DNA from: Tubiluchus corallicola
Lineage: Eukaryota; Animalia; Priapulida
Assembly (NCBI GenBank): GCA_030141605.1
Contig: JAQGDQ010001938.1
Location: 1-20,109 of the forward strand
DNA length: 20,109 nucleotides
Reading direction: 5' to 3'
The notes below the pieces were generated by a model that made no database searches, was not told the origin of the DNA, and worked only from the letters and a program-made list of their open reading frames with translations. Positions 1 through 9,842 of the stretch are shown here, in pieces. Position numbers and translations under genes: made by a program. The stretch's first letter is position 1, and each line of letters starts with the position of its first letter.

Positions 1-350
1 TGTAGCCCACAGGAATTGCAGGAAAGTTTAATGTGGCCCACGGGAATTGCGGGAAAGTTTACTGTGGCCCACAGGAATTGTGGGAAAGTTTACTGTGGCC
101 CACAGGAATTGCGGGAAAGTTTAATGTGGCTCACAGGAATTGCGGGAAAGTTTACTGTGGCCCACAGGAATTGCGGGAAAGTTTACTGTGGCCCACAGGA
201 ATTGCGGGAAAGTTTACTGTAGCCCACAGGAATTGCAGGAAAGTTTAATGTGTCCCACGGGAATTGCGGGAAAGTTTACTGTGGCCCACAGGAATTGCGG
301 GAAAGTTTACTGTGGCCCACAGGAATTGCGGGAAAGTTTAATGTGGCCCG
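1..350. repeat. 31-bp minisatellite (TGTGGCCCACAGGAATTGCGGGAAAGTTTAC), about 11 copies visible, inside a hAT MITE ending at 377
   Basis: Direct periodicity; followed by TIR TTTGCACACCCCTG and TTGTACAG. Confidence 0.95.
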
Positions 351-427
351 GCTAGTCAGATAATTTGCACACCCCTGTTGTACAGGCCCGTTTGAGATCT
401 TGACTGTACGAAAACAACAGGAAATAC

Positions 428-535
428 CTGCTTCCATGGCAACGGGCACTTCCTTGTGTTGCGCAGTTTGCTCCAGACGCCGGTAGTCACTCAGCAACTG
501 TTCTCCTTCAACTTGCGTGCCAATGTTGTCTACGT
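428..535 (-). CDS. ARFGEF3: Duplicate copy of the 108-nt ARFGEF3 exon (copy 2)
   Basis: Identical by eye to 6804-6911, including both splice sites; offset 6376 nt. Confidence 0.75.
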
Positions 536-669
536 CTAGCACAGAAAATCAATAAAATTCGACACAGTGAAAACAATATGGAAAACAATAGTGAACCGAA
601 ACAATGTGCACCGCTGTTAACTTTTAAATTAAATTTTAAGATCAACCCAAAATGTCAATTAAGTGACTG

Positions 670-2153
670 ACATCATTTACTTCATCCTTATTTAAATTAA
701 GTTATCTACAGAAGCATGCATAACTATAATCATTTTTTCATTTAAGTAAGGTGAGAGTGTTAATGACGGTATGGCCGTACACTCACCTCGCACTACTCAA
801 ATTATTACATCATTTACTTCATCCTTGTTTAAATTAAGTTATCTACAGAAGCATGCATAACTATAATCATTTTTTCATTTAAGTAAGGTGAGTGTGTTAA
901 TGACCGTATGGTCGTACACTCACCTCGCACTACTCAAATTATTACATCATTTACTTCATCCTTATTTACATTAAGTTATCTACAGAAGCATGCATAACTA
1001 TAATCATTTTTTCATTTAAGTAAGGTGAGTGTGTTGATGACCGTATGGTCATACACTCACCTCGCACTACTCAAATTATTACATCATTTACTTCATCCTT
1101 ATTTACATTAAGTTATCTACAGAAGCATGCATAATTATAATCATTTACTTCATCCTTATTTACATTAAGTTATCTACAGAAGCGTGCATAATTATAATCA
1201 TTTTTTCATTTAAGTAAGGTGAGTGTGTTAATGACCGTATGGTCGTACACTCACCTCGCACTACTCAAATTATTACATCATTTACTTCATCCTTATTTAC
1301 ATTAAGTTATCTACAGAAGCATGCATAACTATAATCATTTTTTCATTTAAGTAAGGTGAGTGTGTTAATGACCGTATGGTCGTACACTCACCTCGCACTA
1401 CTCAAATTATTACATCATTTACTTCATCCTTATTTACATTAAGTTATCTACAGAAGCATGCATAACTATAATCATTTTTTCATTTAAGTAAGGTGAGTGT
1501 GTTAATGACCGTATGGTCGTACACTCACCTCGCACTACTCAAATTATTACATCATTTACTTCATCCTTATTTACATTAAGTTATCTACAGAAGCATGCAT
1601 AACTATAATCATTTTTTCATTTAAGTAAGGTGAGTGTGTTAATGACCGTATGGTCGTACACTCACCTCGCACTACTCAAATTATTACATCATTTACTTCA
1701 TCCTTATTTACATTAAGTTATCTACAGAAGCATGCATAACTATAATCATTTTTTCATTTAAGTAAGGTGAGTGTGTTAATGACCGTATGGTCATACACTC
1801 ACCTCGCACTACTCAAATTATTACATCATTTACTTCATCCTTATTTACATTAAGTTGTCTACAGAAGCATGCATAATTATAATCATTTACTTCATCCTTA
1901 TTTACATTAAGTTATCTACAGAAGCATGCATAACTATAATCATTTTTTCATTTAAGTAAGGTGAGTGTGTTAATGACCGTATGGTCGTACACTCACCTCG
2001 CACTACTCAAATTATTACATCATTTACTTCATCCTTATTTACATTAAGTTATCTACAGAAGCATGCATAGCTATAATCATTTTTTCATTTAAGTAAGGTG
2101 AGTGTGTTAATGACCGTATGGTCGTACACTCACCTCGCACTACTCAAATTATT
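670..2153. repeat. 137-bp minisatellite, about 10 units plus two 57-bp partial duplications
   Basis: ACTCACC recurs at 781, 918, 1055, 1249, 1386, 1523, 1660, 1797, 1991 and 2128 (spacings 137 or 194). Confidence 0.95.
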
Positions 2154-2248
2154 TTATTTTAAAGTTTATTAATGTGTTTGATATTGTATTTTTTGATGCG
2201 TGAAATAAAATTCATAGTTCGTACTTCATAGTTGATGGTAGTAACAAG

Positions 2249-2490
2249 TAGGGGTGAGAGTCGAATGTTCGAATTTTATTGGAACAAATTTTTTAGTTCG
2301 AATTCGATTCGAACCTAAAATTATATATTTGAATAATTCAGCATTTCAATCACATACGTTCTTTATCGTGAAACTGTTTGAAACAACATGCAATTAGCAT
2401 AATTTAGCTGTGATTTCTGTGCACAATTTTAAAAAATTGTTAGTGGTTTTACTGCAAAACAAAATCGAGTAACATGCATGATATTTTTGT
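2249..2490. mobile_element. Degenerate TTCGAA-rich DNA transposon relic (hAT-like terminus TAGGGGTGAG)
   Basis: TAGGG start, clustered TCGAA motifs; 2388-2490 resembles the reverse complement of 9406-9508. Confidence 0.45.
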
Positions 2491-2496
2491 AAGATT

Positions 2497-3358
2497 TTTG
2501 CAGTTGTTTGTCTCTTATTGTTGTTTGTGTGTCTGTCTTATTGTTTATTTACAATTGTTTGTGTGTCTGTCATGTTGATGTCATTTGAGTTTATTTACAA
2601 TGTTGATGTCATTTGAGTTTATTTACAATTCGATGAAATCATCACACATGATTTGCAGTTGTTTGTCTCTTTTTGTTGTTTGTGTCAGTCATGTTGATGT
2701 CATTTGAGTTTATTTACAAGTCGATGCAGTCATCACACATGATTTGCAGTTGTCTGTCTCTTATTGTTGTTTGTGTGTGTGTCATGATGTTGATGTCATT
2801 TGAGTTTATTTACAATTCACTGCAATCATCACACATGATTTGCAGTTGTTTGTCTCTTATTGTTTGTGTGTCTGTCATGTTGATGTCATTTGAGTTTATT
2901 TACAATTCGATGAAATCATCACACATGATTTGCAGTTGTTTGTCTCTTTTTGTTGTTTGTGTCAGTCATGTTGATGTCATTTGAGTTTATTTACAAGTCG
3001 ATGCAGTCATCACACATGATTTGCAGTTGTCTGTCTCTTATTGTTGTTTGTGTGTGTGTCATGATGTTGATGTCATTTGAGTTTATTTACAATTCACTGC
3101 AATCATCACACATGATTTGCAGTTGTTTGTCTCTTATTGTTTGTGTGTCTGTCATGTTGATGTCATTTGAGTTTATTTACAATTCGATGAAATCATCACA
3201 CATGATTTGCAGTTGTTTGTCTCTTTTTGTTGTTTGTTATTTACAATTCAATGCAATCATTACACACGATTTGCAGTTGTTTGTCTCTTTTTGTTGTTGT
3301 TTATGTGTCATGTTGATGTCATTTGAGTTTATTTACAATTCGATGCAATCATCACACA
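2497..3358. repeat. ~90-96-bp minisatellite with a 277-bp higher-order repeat
   Basis: TTTGCAGTTG at 2652, 2743, 2839, 2929, 3020, 3116 and 3206 (91+96+90, twice). Confidence 0.92.
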
Positions 3359-3413
3359 CGTCAATCACTGCAAACTATCGGCAAATGCCACACGGTGCAC
3401 AAGATGCCCGTAC

Positions 3414-3620
3414 CGAGAACGCAAGTAAGCTTAGCCGCCTTCTGAAGACCGTCCAGACTCATGCACACGGCCGCATGCTCCCTCTGGTGGTGTTCCTTGT
3501 CGAACAGCAACGTCAAGCTGCTGGCGCCGCCACAGGCACTTTTGCCGCTGAGCACAGCCGACAGAACTTCCAGAATATTTCCCCAACATGCAGACAGGAT
3601 GTGACGACATAGCCTCATGC
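3414..3620 (-). CDS. ARFGEF3: ARFGEF3 exon, (G)MRLCRHILSACWGNILEVLSAVLSGKSACGGASSLTLLFDKEHHQREHAAVCMSLDGLQKAAKLTCVL
   Basis: Acceptor GTGTTGTAG|GC, donor G|GTACGG; 207 nt, phase 1 to 1. CMSLDGLQKAAKL resembles BIG3 CMSLDGLRKAARL. Confidence 0.92.
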
Positions 3621-3732
3621 CTACAACACATGACAGCGGAATTATGATGATTTGTTTTGGTTTAAACTGCATTTATTAATACACAGAAAACTGAAACGAT
3701 ACATACAAGAACAGCTTATAATGGCACTAGAT

Positions 3733-3964
3733 CAGGGGTGTGCAAATTGCGGCCCGCCGAGTGAATTTGTGCGGCCCGCGAAATGAGATTTGTCAACCTA
3801 ATGAAAGTGCGGCCCGGGCGATTAATTGAGTGTATCCAGCTGAAGTTCGTGCCACGATACCAAAGATAGTGCGGGTAGTTTTTTTTACTAGATCGGATGC
3901 CATTAACCCTTGCAAGACGGTTGTAGCTTAATGTCACTGTACTCAGATAATTTGCACACCCCTG
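3733..3964. mobile_element. hAT (Charlie/Buster-like) MITE, 232 bp
   Basis: TIRs CAGGGGTGTGCAAA / TTTGCACACCCCTG; 8-bp TSD CACTAGAT / TACTAGAT; GCGGCCC subterminal motifs. Confidence 0.88.
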
Positions 3965-4159
3965 TACTAGATGATTGCCTAACAGGTCTGTAAAAAAACC
4001 TGTATAAAAGTCTCTCACGTGAAGACAGTCACAGTATTAAAAACCATTAAGAAATACGATATAACTATATTGGTGGCAAAACAGGAAGTAAAACAGGAAG
4101 TAAAACATGCAAGGAAAAAATGGAGAGGATTAATTGGGGGCGGATGATATAAGAATATT

Positions 4160-4440
4160 TTTTTATTTTTTTTAAATTTAAGTTTATTAATTTATTTCCA
4201 CACTGCATCTAACAATTATAATAAAAATACAGATAATTTCACTGAAGTAAATATAAATATAAATGCAATATTATCCAGAAATTACAAAAGAGATTCTTAT
4301 GCAGCATATACATGTGCAAATTACATTACAGAGTAATTTTGATGCATACAGTTTGAGCCTAAAAGCATAGCTTGACAGGCCAAACTGTACGTGGAAATCT
4401 TAAGGAAAGGATTAATATTTGAGATAATAATAATATATGC
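4160..4440 (-). mobile_element. Probable degenerate LINE (L2/Crack-like) 3' tail
   Basis: On the minus strand, a GGC..CAAGCTATGCTTTTAGGC motif is followed by AATAAA and an A-rich end. Confidence 0.3.
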
Positions 4441-4446
4441 ATAAAT

Positions 4447-4737
4447 GTGTGGGGGGGAGTAGTGAATAAAAGATGAAATGCAGCGAGAACTAAGAAAAAC
4501 TGTGATGTGGGGGGAGTTAGTGAATGAAAGATGAAATGGAGCAAGAACTAAGAAAAACCGTGATGTGGGGGGAGTAGTGAATGAAAGATGAAATGGAGCG
4601 AGAACTAAGAAAAACTGTGATGTGGGGGGAGTTAGTGAATGAAAGATGAAATGGAGCGAGAACTAAGAAAAACTGTGATGTGGGGGGAGTTAGTGAATGA
4701 AAGATGAAATGGAGCGAGAACTAAGAAAAGCTGTGAT
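4447..4737. repeat. 58-bp minisatellite, about 5 copies
   Basis: AGAACTAAGAAAA at 4486, 4544, 4601, 4659 and 4717. Confidence 0.92.
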
Positions 4738-5432
4738 CATGATTATAAAGTGTTCAGTAACCTGTTGAGCATAGTCACGTTGTATTAAGATTACTGTGGA
4801 AAAAGAATGCAGGTGATTACCATTATCAAACTGTGTTACTCTCAGTACGTTTGAAATATTTCTTTTCTGACGGTTTTTTTTAAAAGTTGAAAGGGAGTGA
4901 CTACATTTTGAATTACGGATGAATTGAATATGATAGATGAGACAATGATGAGGATGATACTAAGGGTTTGCTTTCAAAGACAGAGTGAGCGAACACACAC
5001 CGCATCGGCCCGTATTATTAAAAGTCGTTAGACGAAGAGCAGCCATCTCCGGTTATAACGGGGAGGATAATTGGAAGGGAGGATCGACTGCGGAAACCAG
5101 CGGTCATTAAACACGTAATTAAAATCGAACGCCGATACCGATAGCTGGTGGAAGAGGGTTTTCGGTCGCACTTTAGCTGCATTATCAATCACACAGAGAA
5201 TGGCGGGGGGGGGGGGTTATAGAACTCCCTGGTGTCTACTGCGTACTTAGTAGCCCAGTCTTAATTATTTTAGGCAAAAAATAGTTGGGGACAGATGATA
5301 TAGGGATATGATAGATGAGAGAATGAAGTGGATGATTAATGATACTCATGATTAATGATTAATGATATTTATGATGTGAATGATTAATGATAATGAACTG
5401 GCATACAAGATAAGTGTCTACGGATTTATTAA

Positions 5433-5849
5433 GGTTGATTAGCGTTTTATGGTGCAAGAAATGCTCTTAGCTGAAAACTAGGTTAATTAATGCCAATTAC
5501 GAATGCATCTCGAAAAGGAAGGTTACTAGATAAATAAATTTTTAGAACATTAGCTCAATTTAGCTGCAGTTTAATTAAAATTTTGTGCAATTAATTTAGT
5601 TTAATTAATAGTTTTTAGACAGAAAAGTGGGTAAGGAGTTATAAAATTAAATTTTTAGTGTTTTTGAGCACTTTCTTGATAATTTGATGCTAAGATATAA
5701 AAGTCCAATAAATTCAGCGATTGTTTTTTTAAAAACAAAAAATTGACATTTGACCAAATTTTTGGTGCATTCTACTTTGAAACATCATAACGTAGTTTTG
5801 ACTATGCCGATTTATGCACGATTTTCGCTTGAAAGCACACAAATAAACC
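5433..5849. mobile_element. Possible Kolobok-like non-autonomous DNA transposon
   Basis: TTAA|GGTTGATTAGCGT ... ACACAAATAAACC|TTAA; imperfect 13-bp TIR (10/13), GG..CC termini, TTAA flanks. Confidence 0.4.
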
Positions 5850-5956
5850 TTAAAAATCTTGTACCACAATGCTAGAAGCGTGCACCAATACTAATGTTAA
5901 TGCACTTATAGTCCTTCTTAATGTCCTGTTTCATTTGGAGAACAATGTATGTACAG

Positions 5957-6753
5957 CAGGGGTGTGCAAACGGCGGCCCACGGGCCACTTGCGGGCCGCC
6001 GAGAGAACTTGTGCGGCCCATGAAGAGGTTTGTCAACGTAATGAAAGTGCAGCCCACGCGATCCAGCTGAAGTCTGCGCCAATATCGCAAAGCTAGTGCG
6101 GGTAGTTTTTTCCTCTAGATCGGATGGCATTGACCCTTACAAGACCGTTGTCACTTAATGTCACTGTCGGACATGACGAAATATATGATTTTTAATATAA
6201 ATTCTAATAACTTCTAAAATAGTTTCTTGAGTGTAGTAGTAATGATGTGCGTAAATCGGATGCAAAAAAATCGTTATTAGGTCCTCCTGTACTTGGCTCC
6301 TTGACCAAACTGCATGTGGCCCGCAGGAATTGCGGGAAAGTTTAATGTGGCCCACAGGAATTGCGGGAAAGTTTACTGTAGCCGACAGGAATTGCAGGAA
6401 AGTTTAATGTGGCCCACGGGAACTGCGGGAAAGTTTAATGTGGCCCACAGGAATTGCGGGAAAGTTTAATGTGGCCCACAGGAATTGCGGGAAAGTTTAC
6501 TGTGGCTCACAGGAATTGCGGGAAAGTTTACTGTGGCCCACAGGAATTGCGGGAAAGTTTACTGTGGCCCACAGGAATTGCGGGAAAGTTTACTGTAGCC
6601 CACAGGAATTGCAGGAAAGTTTAATGTGTCCCACGGGAATTGCGGGAAAGTTTACTGTGGCCCACAGGAATTGCGGGAAAGTTTACTGTGGCCCACAGGA
6701 ATTGCGGGAAAGTTTAATGTGGCCCGGCTAGTCAGATAATTTGCACACCCCTG
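5957..6753. mobile_element. hAT MITE, 797 bp, same family as 3733-3964, containing the 31-bp array (6315-6726, about 13 copies)
   Basis: Same 14-bp TIRs; 8-bp TSD ATGTACAG / TTGTACAG; shares internal motifs (ATCCAGCTGAAGT, TAGTGCGGGTAGTTTTT, CTAGATCGGATG) with the short copy. Confidence 0.9.
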
Positions 6754-6803
6754 TTGTACAGGCCCGTTTGAGATCTTGACTGTACGAAAACAACAGGAAA
6801 TAC

Positions 6804-6911
6804 CTGCTTCCATGGCAACGGGCACTTCCTTGTGTTGCGCAGTTTGCTCCAGACGCCGGTAGTCACTCAGCAACTGTTCTCCTTCAACTTGCGTGCCAAT
6901 GTTGTCTACGT
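6804..6911 (-). CDS. ARFGEF3: ARFGEF3 exon, (D)VDNIGTQVEGEQLLSDYRRLEQTAQHKEVPVAMEA, copy 1
   Basis: Acceptor TTTCTGTGCTAG|AC, donor CAG|GTATTT; 108 nt, phase 1 to 1. Continues LLT|DVD, like BIG3 MLTDIDG...GGQL. Confidence 0.88.
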
Positions 6912-7206
6912 CTAGCACAGAAAATCAATAAAATTCGACACAGTGAAAACAATATGGAAAACAATAGTGAACCGAAACAATGTGCACCGCTGTTAACTTT
7001 TAAATTAAATTTTAAGATCAACCCAAAATGTCAATTAAGTGACTGACATTATATAGTTATCCGTATTTGGCAAACAGACACCCAAGCTGAATTTACTGCC
7101 GACCGGTTTTGAACAGACCGTCCATTGTCGACACATCTAAAACAAAGAAATTTACCAGAATTTAGAAACATGGTGTTTGGAGGATTTCTCTGTGCTTGCC
7201 CTTTAA

Positions 7207-7600
7207 CCCTTTCATAACTGTTGTATCCCGTGGGATACGAGAATATTTTCTGCTTTTAAAATTAATAAAATTTTAAAACTGACAGTTATTTGATCTGTTA
7301 ATAGTTATTTTGATTTAAGCCAATAACAATAGACTAAAAATGGTGATAAAATGGCAAACTAGAAAATCTACATAGCATAAAAAACTGCGCAAGGTACAGT
7401 ACTTTAGAGACGACTTTGTACAGATCAGCATAGCATGCATACTAAATGTCTTAAATACTTTAAAAAATTACCAGCAGTTGCAAAATGAAGCACATTTTAT
7501 GCTTCCATTGAATCCCAATGTATCCCGTGGGATACAGGCTACATTTAGAACGCGGGCACAGGTAGAAAAAAATGATTAAAATAATTTGGGACTGAAAGGA
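7207..7600. mobile_element. piggyBac-like MITE, 394 bp
   Basis: TTAA|CCCTTTCA ... TGAAAGGA|TTAA; the subterminal palindrome TGTATCCCGTGGGATAC occurs near both ends (7222, 7519). Confidence 0.72.
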
Positions 7601-9285
7601 TTAATCTAAAGTTGTACATATTTAGAATTGCCTGTAAAACTTGGCATCGTTATATGCATTTACTAGGTCAGCGAATCAGAATTGAGCACGTTTTTAGTTT
7701 ACTCATTGGAAGCAAAGCAATTTTTGACTTTTTTTGTAATATTGAATTTAAAATAAAACTTTCTGTGATTACTTCAAAACACATAGATTGCTTTAGATGT
7801 CTCGACAATGAACGGCTTGTTCGACGCCGGTCGGAAATATATCCCATTTTGGTAACATTATATAACGTAAGTGTGTCCCACAGAAGGTTTCTGTATTTGG
7901 TGAAGGGTACAATAATGAAGGAAAAACTTGAAGCTTTTTAAGGTTGTTATCTTTTATTAAATAAACGTGCAAAAATGCGAACAGTATACAGAACCAGTAT
8001 CGTGTAGCAAAACGTATCGAGATAACCACACAGCGAGCCACGCATCGTGTTCCAGCTGTGCCGCCAGATGTCGCATCAGTCATTTCAATATGGCATATCG
8101 ACAGAGCATAATGGACGACGTCAGAACAATGGCTTTGCATCAGCAGTTTTCCAAGCAAAAATTCCCAAAAATAGAACATCTAATTAACTCCTCGCCACTC
8201 CTCTTGGCGGACTTGTCCTAAAATATAGCCCACATCATTGTGCAGCCCTGTTCTTGCTCTTTCTAAAGAGCCATATATCTCCCACCTAGAGTCACACTAA
8301 GCACAGCTAGAACGTTTTTTCTATAGGCTGTTTGACAAAAATTTCGAAAAAAATCGGGAGTTTAAATCAATTTTTGACACATTTTCCGGACAAAATTCTG
8401 CATAAAATAAGCTGAAATTTTGAAAGCGTACTGGTGGCGACGCCTGTCAACCAAATCGCGAAACTTTGCCAGAATATGACACAGCGAAGAGGTCGAACAA
8501 GCATCAAGAAGAATGTTGCTTGTTAAACCACCCTCAAAACTTACTGCAAAACGGGCCACACCATTGATATTTTGAAGGAATTTTCCGAACAGGTTACGCC
8601 TCCAATGTGCACAAATTCTATTTGCTCGTATTCAGATTGCGTCAAAATCACATTTAAACGTAACTTTCGCGACATCGGCGGGTTAGGCTCAATTTGAGAA
8701 GTTGTTATGTATTAATGCGTCAGACCGCATTGTAAATAAAGTAGTTCGGCAACACGCATAATGGTGTACTGTATTTCGTTATTTCTACCAGATAGAAATC
8801 CAGGTATATCAACATAAATCAGAAGTGAGAGAACGCGACCTTCTACGCAAATTTTAATGACACTCCAGCAGGCCACTTTACTGGCAAGTGGAACCCCAAT
8901 GCAGCCGTATGCGCCACGTTATCTCGATACGAAAGATCCCATTCCCAAAAACTGCGAGAGCCATTAGTCCTCCAGATTTCCAGGAAAAGAAACAGGCATT
9001 TGTTTTAAAGGGCAACAGAGGACAATGCTTACCAGACGAATCGGTTGATATCAATTCGATCACTTGAACATGACGTCCGTCGACAGAAATGCCTGCATTT
9101 GCAAATACGGTAAATGAAATAAACAGTGAAAAGTAACCATGACAACGTGCACGCAAAGCAACGACAGTCGTTAAGTGAAACGATCTAAAACAAACAATCA
9201 ACTAAAACAATATAATCTACGAGAATTCTGAAAGAAGTAAACAAGCATTCGATGGTAATCATTCCTCAATGTAAAAATTAATTAC

Positions 9286-9508
9286 TACGGGGTGAGCATT
9301 CTCTACCAGAAAGCAAGTTCGAATCGAACCGAATTTCAGTATTAATTGGAAATGATTTCGAAGGATTTCGAACAAGTTTTCGAATCGCTAATAAAAATTG
9401 GTGTGACAAAGATCATGCATATTGCTTGATTTAGTTCTGCAATACCCCTGCTATTAGTTTGTTAAAAATTTTGTACAGAAACTGGAGCTAAATTGTGCTA
9501 AGGTGCTA
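9286..9508. mobile_element. Second relic of the TTCGAA-rich DNA transposon family
   Basis: TACGGGGTGAG start, repeated TTCGAA; shares an inverted segment with 2388-2490. Confidence 0.45.
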
Positions 9509-9511
9509 TAT

Positions 9512-9842
9512 ATAGCCAAGGTGGCTCCATCTAGCTGGAAAGTTTAAAGTGTGGGCATTGATGAACGATCTGTCTTGTGCAAGCTAGCGAAATTTATCAT
9601 TAAATATATGCCGCAACGATGTAAGTTTATTTTTATTTAATGTTTATTTTGATTTATTCATAGCCAAGGTGGCTCCATCTAGCTGGAAAGTTTAAAGTGT
9701 GGGCATTGACCTAGTTATGTTTTCATTATGCTGTTGTGTAGTATGAGTGAACATGTGTTTTGTACAAGCTAGCGAAATTTTTCATTAGATATGCCGTAAC
9801 GATGTAAGTTTACTTCTATTAATTTTTAATTTGATTTATTCA
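9512..9842. repeat. Two-copy tandem duplication (~150 and ~180 bp)
   Basis: ATAGCCAAGGTGGCTCCATCTAGCTGGAAAGTTTAAAGTGTGGGCATTGA at 9512 and 9660; shared CAAGCTAGCGAAATTT...AACGATGTAAGTTTA downstream. Confidence 0.88.

Larger units (their letters stand above)
1..673. repeat. Segmental direct repeat, copy of 6377-7049
   Basis: The MITE right end, exon and intron match 6377-7049 up to AAGTGACTGACAT, then diverge. A few substitutions lie in the first ~130 nt of the 31-bp array. Confidence 0.95.

Noticed and set aside
1-350. 31-bp repeat array (also 6315-6726) as a CRISPR array
   Set aside because: Units are head-to-tail with no unique spacers, lie inside a hAT MITE in a eukaryotic intron, and no cas genes are present.
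16-355. Repetitive WPTGIAGKF ORFs (also 6438-6731)
   Set aside because: The 31-bp repeat is stop-poor and cycles through all frames; there is no splice or homology support.
670-2153. Palindromic 137-bp and 91-bp arrays as CRISPR-like or attC-like arrays
   Set aside because: The sequence between hairpins is near-identical in every unit, so these are minisatellites with no variable cargo.
2673-3612. 103-aa and 220-aa plus-strand ORFs
   Set aside because: They are translations of the ~92-bp satellite running into the antisense strand of an ARFGEF3 exon.
7612-9201. ORFs 7612-7941, 7793-8179, 7967-8221, 8362-8559 and 8878-9201 as a nested gene
   Set aside because: No recognisable domain, mutually overlapping frames on both strands, and no consistent splice chain.
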